In this document: positions 62,015 through 64,000 of the stretch, piece by piece
Layout: each line of letters starts with the position of its first letter
Numbering within the stretch: position 1 is the first letter of the stretch
Assembly: GCF_036321535.1 (NCBI RefSeq)
Contig: NC_087437.1
Coordinates: forward strand, 112,966,001-113,030,000
Direction: 5' to 3'
Source: Camelus dromedarius
Taxonomy: Eukaryota
DNA length: 64,000 bases
Notes under the pieces: model-generated
Databases searched by the model: none
The model's input: the letters and a program-made list of their open reading frames with translations, nothing else
Told to the model about the DNA's origin: nothing
Program-made: the position numbers and the translations under genes

Positions 62015-62400
62015 TTCTAACCTTCTTCCACAGTAACAGAACCCCAGTTTGGGGGAGGAGTAAGGTACTTAGCTAAAAATGTTTTCTGGACTCTTTGAAA
62101 AAAGGGGTGGACAATGAAATGTAAGGAGAAGTCATTCAGATGCATCTCCAGGAAAGCTCTTTGTGAGGAAAATCAACTCAGTTACCAGATCCCTTCTGAC
62201 CTATGACCTCTGCCCCCCTCTCTCCCTTTTTATCCTGCCTGGAACTGATGGGATGTTGGAGATCCATTACCTGCTAATCTGATGTTTGCACTGCCTCTTT
62301 CCAGATTTTTCATTGTATGAGAAAAATAAAATCCTAATTTGTTTAAGTCATGGTGTCTCAGGAGTGTGATATCTGCATCTGAACACAACTCCTAACTTCT
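62015..62400 (+). mobile_element. Old MaLR LTR (MLT1I/J-like)
   Basis: TAACAGAACCCCAG...TCCTGCCTGGAAC...TGAGAAAAATAAAATCCTAATTTGTTTAAG...CCTAACT. Confidence 0.6.
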
Positions 62401-64000
62401 GTGCAACCTAAATGTCCAAAAATAGAGGTCTGGTTAATACACGATCATTTATCCACACAGTGAGATTTCACATGGCATAAAAAATCATGTCGAACTGTGG
62501 TTTCAAGTTATTTCTAGTAGCAGAAACCTCCTGCTTTTAATATTCAGTCTTTTGTAGAATCCTAGTATACAGAACTGTAAAAGTAGACTCTGTGGCAACT
62601 CACACCTTCTCCCATCTGCAAAATCTACTGTCCCTTTCATGGGGGCCCTGAAACACCTTCACTGGTCTCTAGTGTTGAAAACAATTATCGTAGTTCTTTC
62701 TCTACATGAAAAAAATATGAGATCTTGTTAAGCAAAGAAAACAGTTTACTTATCAAATTAGGGTATGAACAAATTTTATATTTAAGTACTTATATATATG
62801 TGTGTGTGTATATATATGTGCTAATTTTCCCAGGCTTCACCAGTCTTTGGAAAAAATGAAGTCACATTAATTGTAATTACTCAAATTCCCCTGGCTGGTG
62901 GCCCTTATTTGCATAATGCCCTCAAATTCTCTCTCTGGCCTCTTGGTTTCCATCACGTGCTGAGGTGTGTGGGGATGGTCCCAGCCTCCACTCTTGCTGC
63001 TGGTACCTCAAAGTGTTCTGCCCCAGATGCATGCCTCCCTTTGCTGCAAACACCTGCCTTGGTCCTGTGCTGGGCGGGGTCAGCTGCTTTCTGCAAAGAA
63101 GGGGGAAGATGAACAGGGGCTGTTCCCTGGGGGCTGAGCTGCAGTTCAGGGGTAGGCTGCCTTGCCAGCGGTCCTGCTGACCTCTTCATTTGCTGCAGTG
63201 CTGCCTGACCCTATGCCTCCATGCACCTAGCGTAAACCCCTTAGCTCTCTCCACGCCCACGAGAGCTCATGGGGGGCCCCAAGTTCATCCTCAGCTGGTC
63301 TTCCGGATGCGTGTGTGTACACGTACACGCCTGCGAGTACTATTAAAGCAATATAAATTGGAATTTTAAACTTTAAGGGTAATAATTTCTGAGTGGCAAT
63401 ATTGGAGGGCTTAATTTTTTTCTTGCTTACTTGTGTTTTTTAAATTTCTACAATAAACATGTATTACTTATATTTAAAAAATAAGATATGCTTGAAATCA
63501 GTTATGACTCCAAAGCACTGAATATGCTTAATTGCTCAGTACATTTCACTGTGAGTTTCCTGCCATCCCAGGCAAAGTGTTTTACCATCAATGTTAGAGG
63601 CGTGTGGGTAGGAGTGGAGAGGGAAGGGAGACGGCTGGGTGGTGGCAGGGGAGATATAAAACAAGCATGATCATGTAGAACTGTAGTTTCGAATGATTTC
63701 TAGTAGCAGACACCTCGTCTTTTTTATATTCAGCCCTTCATAGAATCCAGTAACTATGTACTGTTAACAGTTAACTGTGTATATCTATATCTGCATCTTT
63801 GTTCTGGCTTTATTGAGAAATAATTGACAGATAACATTGTTTAAGTTTAAGCTGTGGTATTGATTTGATACGCTTGTTATCTCTATCTCTATTCTTATCA
63901 ATGTGTGGACCAAAAAAAAAAAAAAAACCACGTTGCCTGCCATTTCAGTAAACAAAGAGTGCTGCCTGCCACTCTGGTAAACAATGAACTTTGGCAGTCA

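Noticed and set aside
18100..64000. KCNE2 or other downstream protein-coding exons
   Set aside because: No ORF resembles KCNE2 or any protein I recognise apart from transposon remnants.
1..64000. CRISPR array, operon or other prokaryote-type system
   Set aside because: The sequence is clearly mammalian (spliced MRPS6, mammalian repeats). No regularly spaced repeat-spacer array was seen.

Overview
Mammalian genomic DNA, almost certainly from a camelid (a Vic-1-type tRNA-derived SINE lies at ~41736-41864). The window holds the last two coding exons of the nuclear mitochondrial-ribosomal gene MRPS6 on the + strand: exon 2 at 3014-3153, exon 3 CDS at 17455-17644, poly(A) signal at 17993-17998. 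Exon 1 and the SLC5A3 gene that is nested in MRPS6 intron 1 in human lie upstream, outside the window. The ~46 kb after MRPS6 is non-coding and rich in old repeats (L1M, L2, MIR, MLT1/MLT2 LTRs, MER5, MER44, MER53, MER94, Kanga) with several regulatory-looking unique stretches. I cannot support a new multi-gene system. The most notable observations are two identical palindromic NFAT5/NF-kB-type sites in MRPS6 intron 2, a 26-nt tailless U6 retrocopy with a perfect target-site duplication, a four-level nested transposon stack, a perfect nested 30-bp palindrome, and an R-to-Q change in the conserved bS6 motif of MRPS6. Repeat family names come from recalled consensus sequences, not a database search, and most repeat boundaries are approximate.
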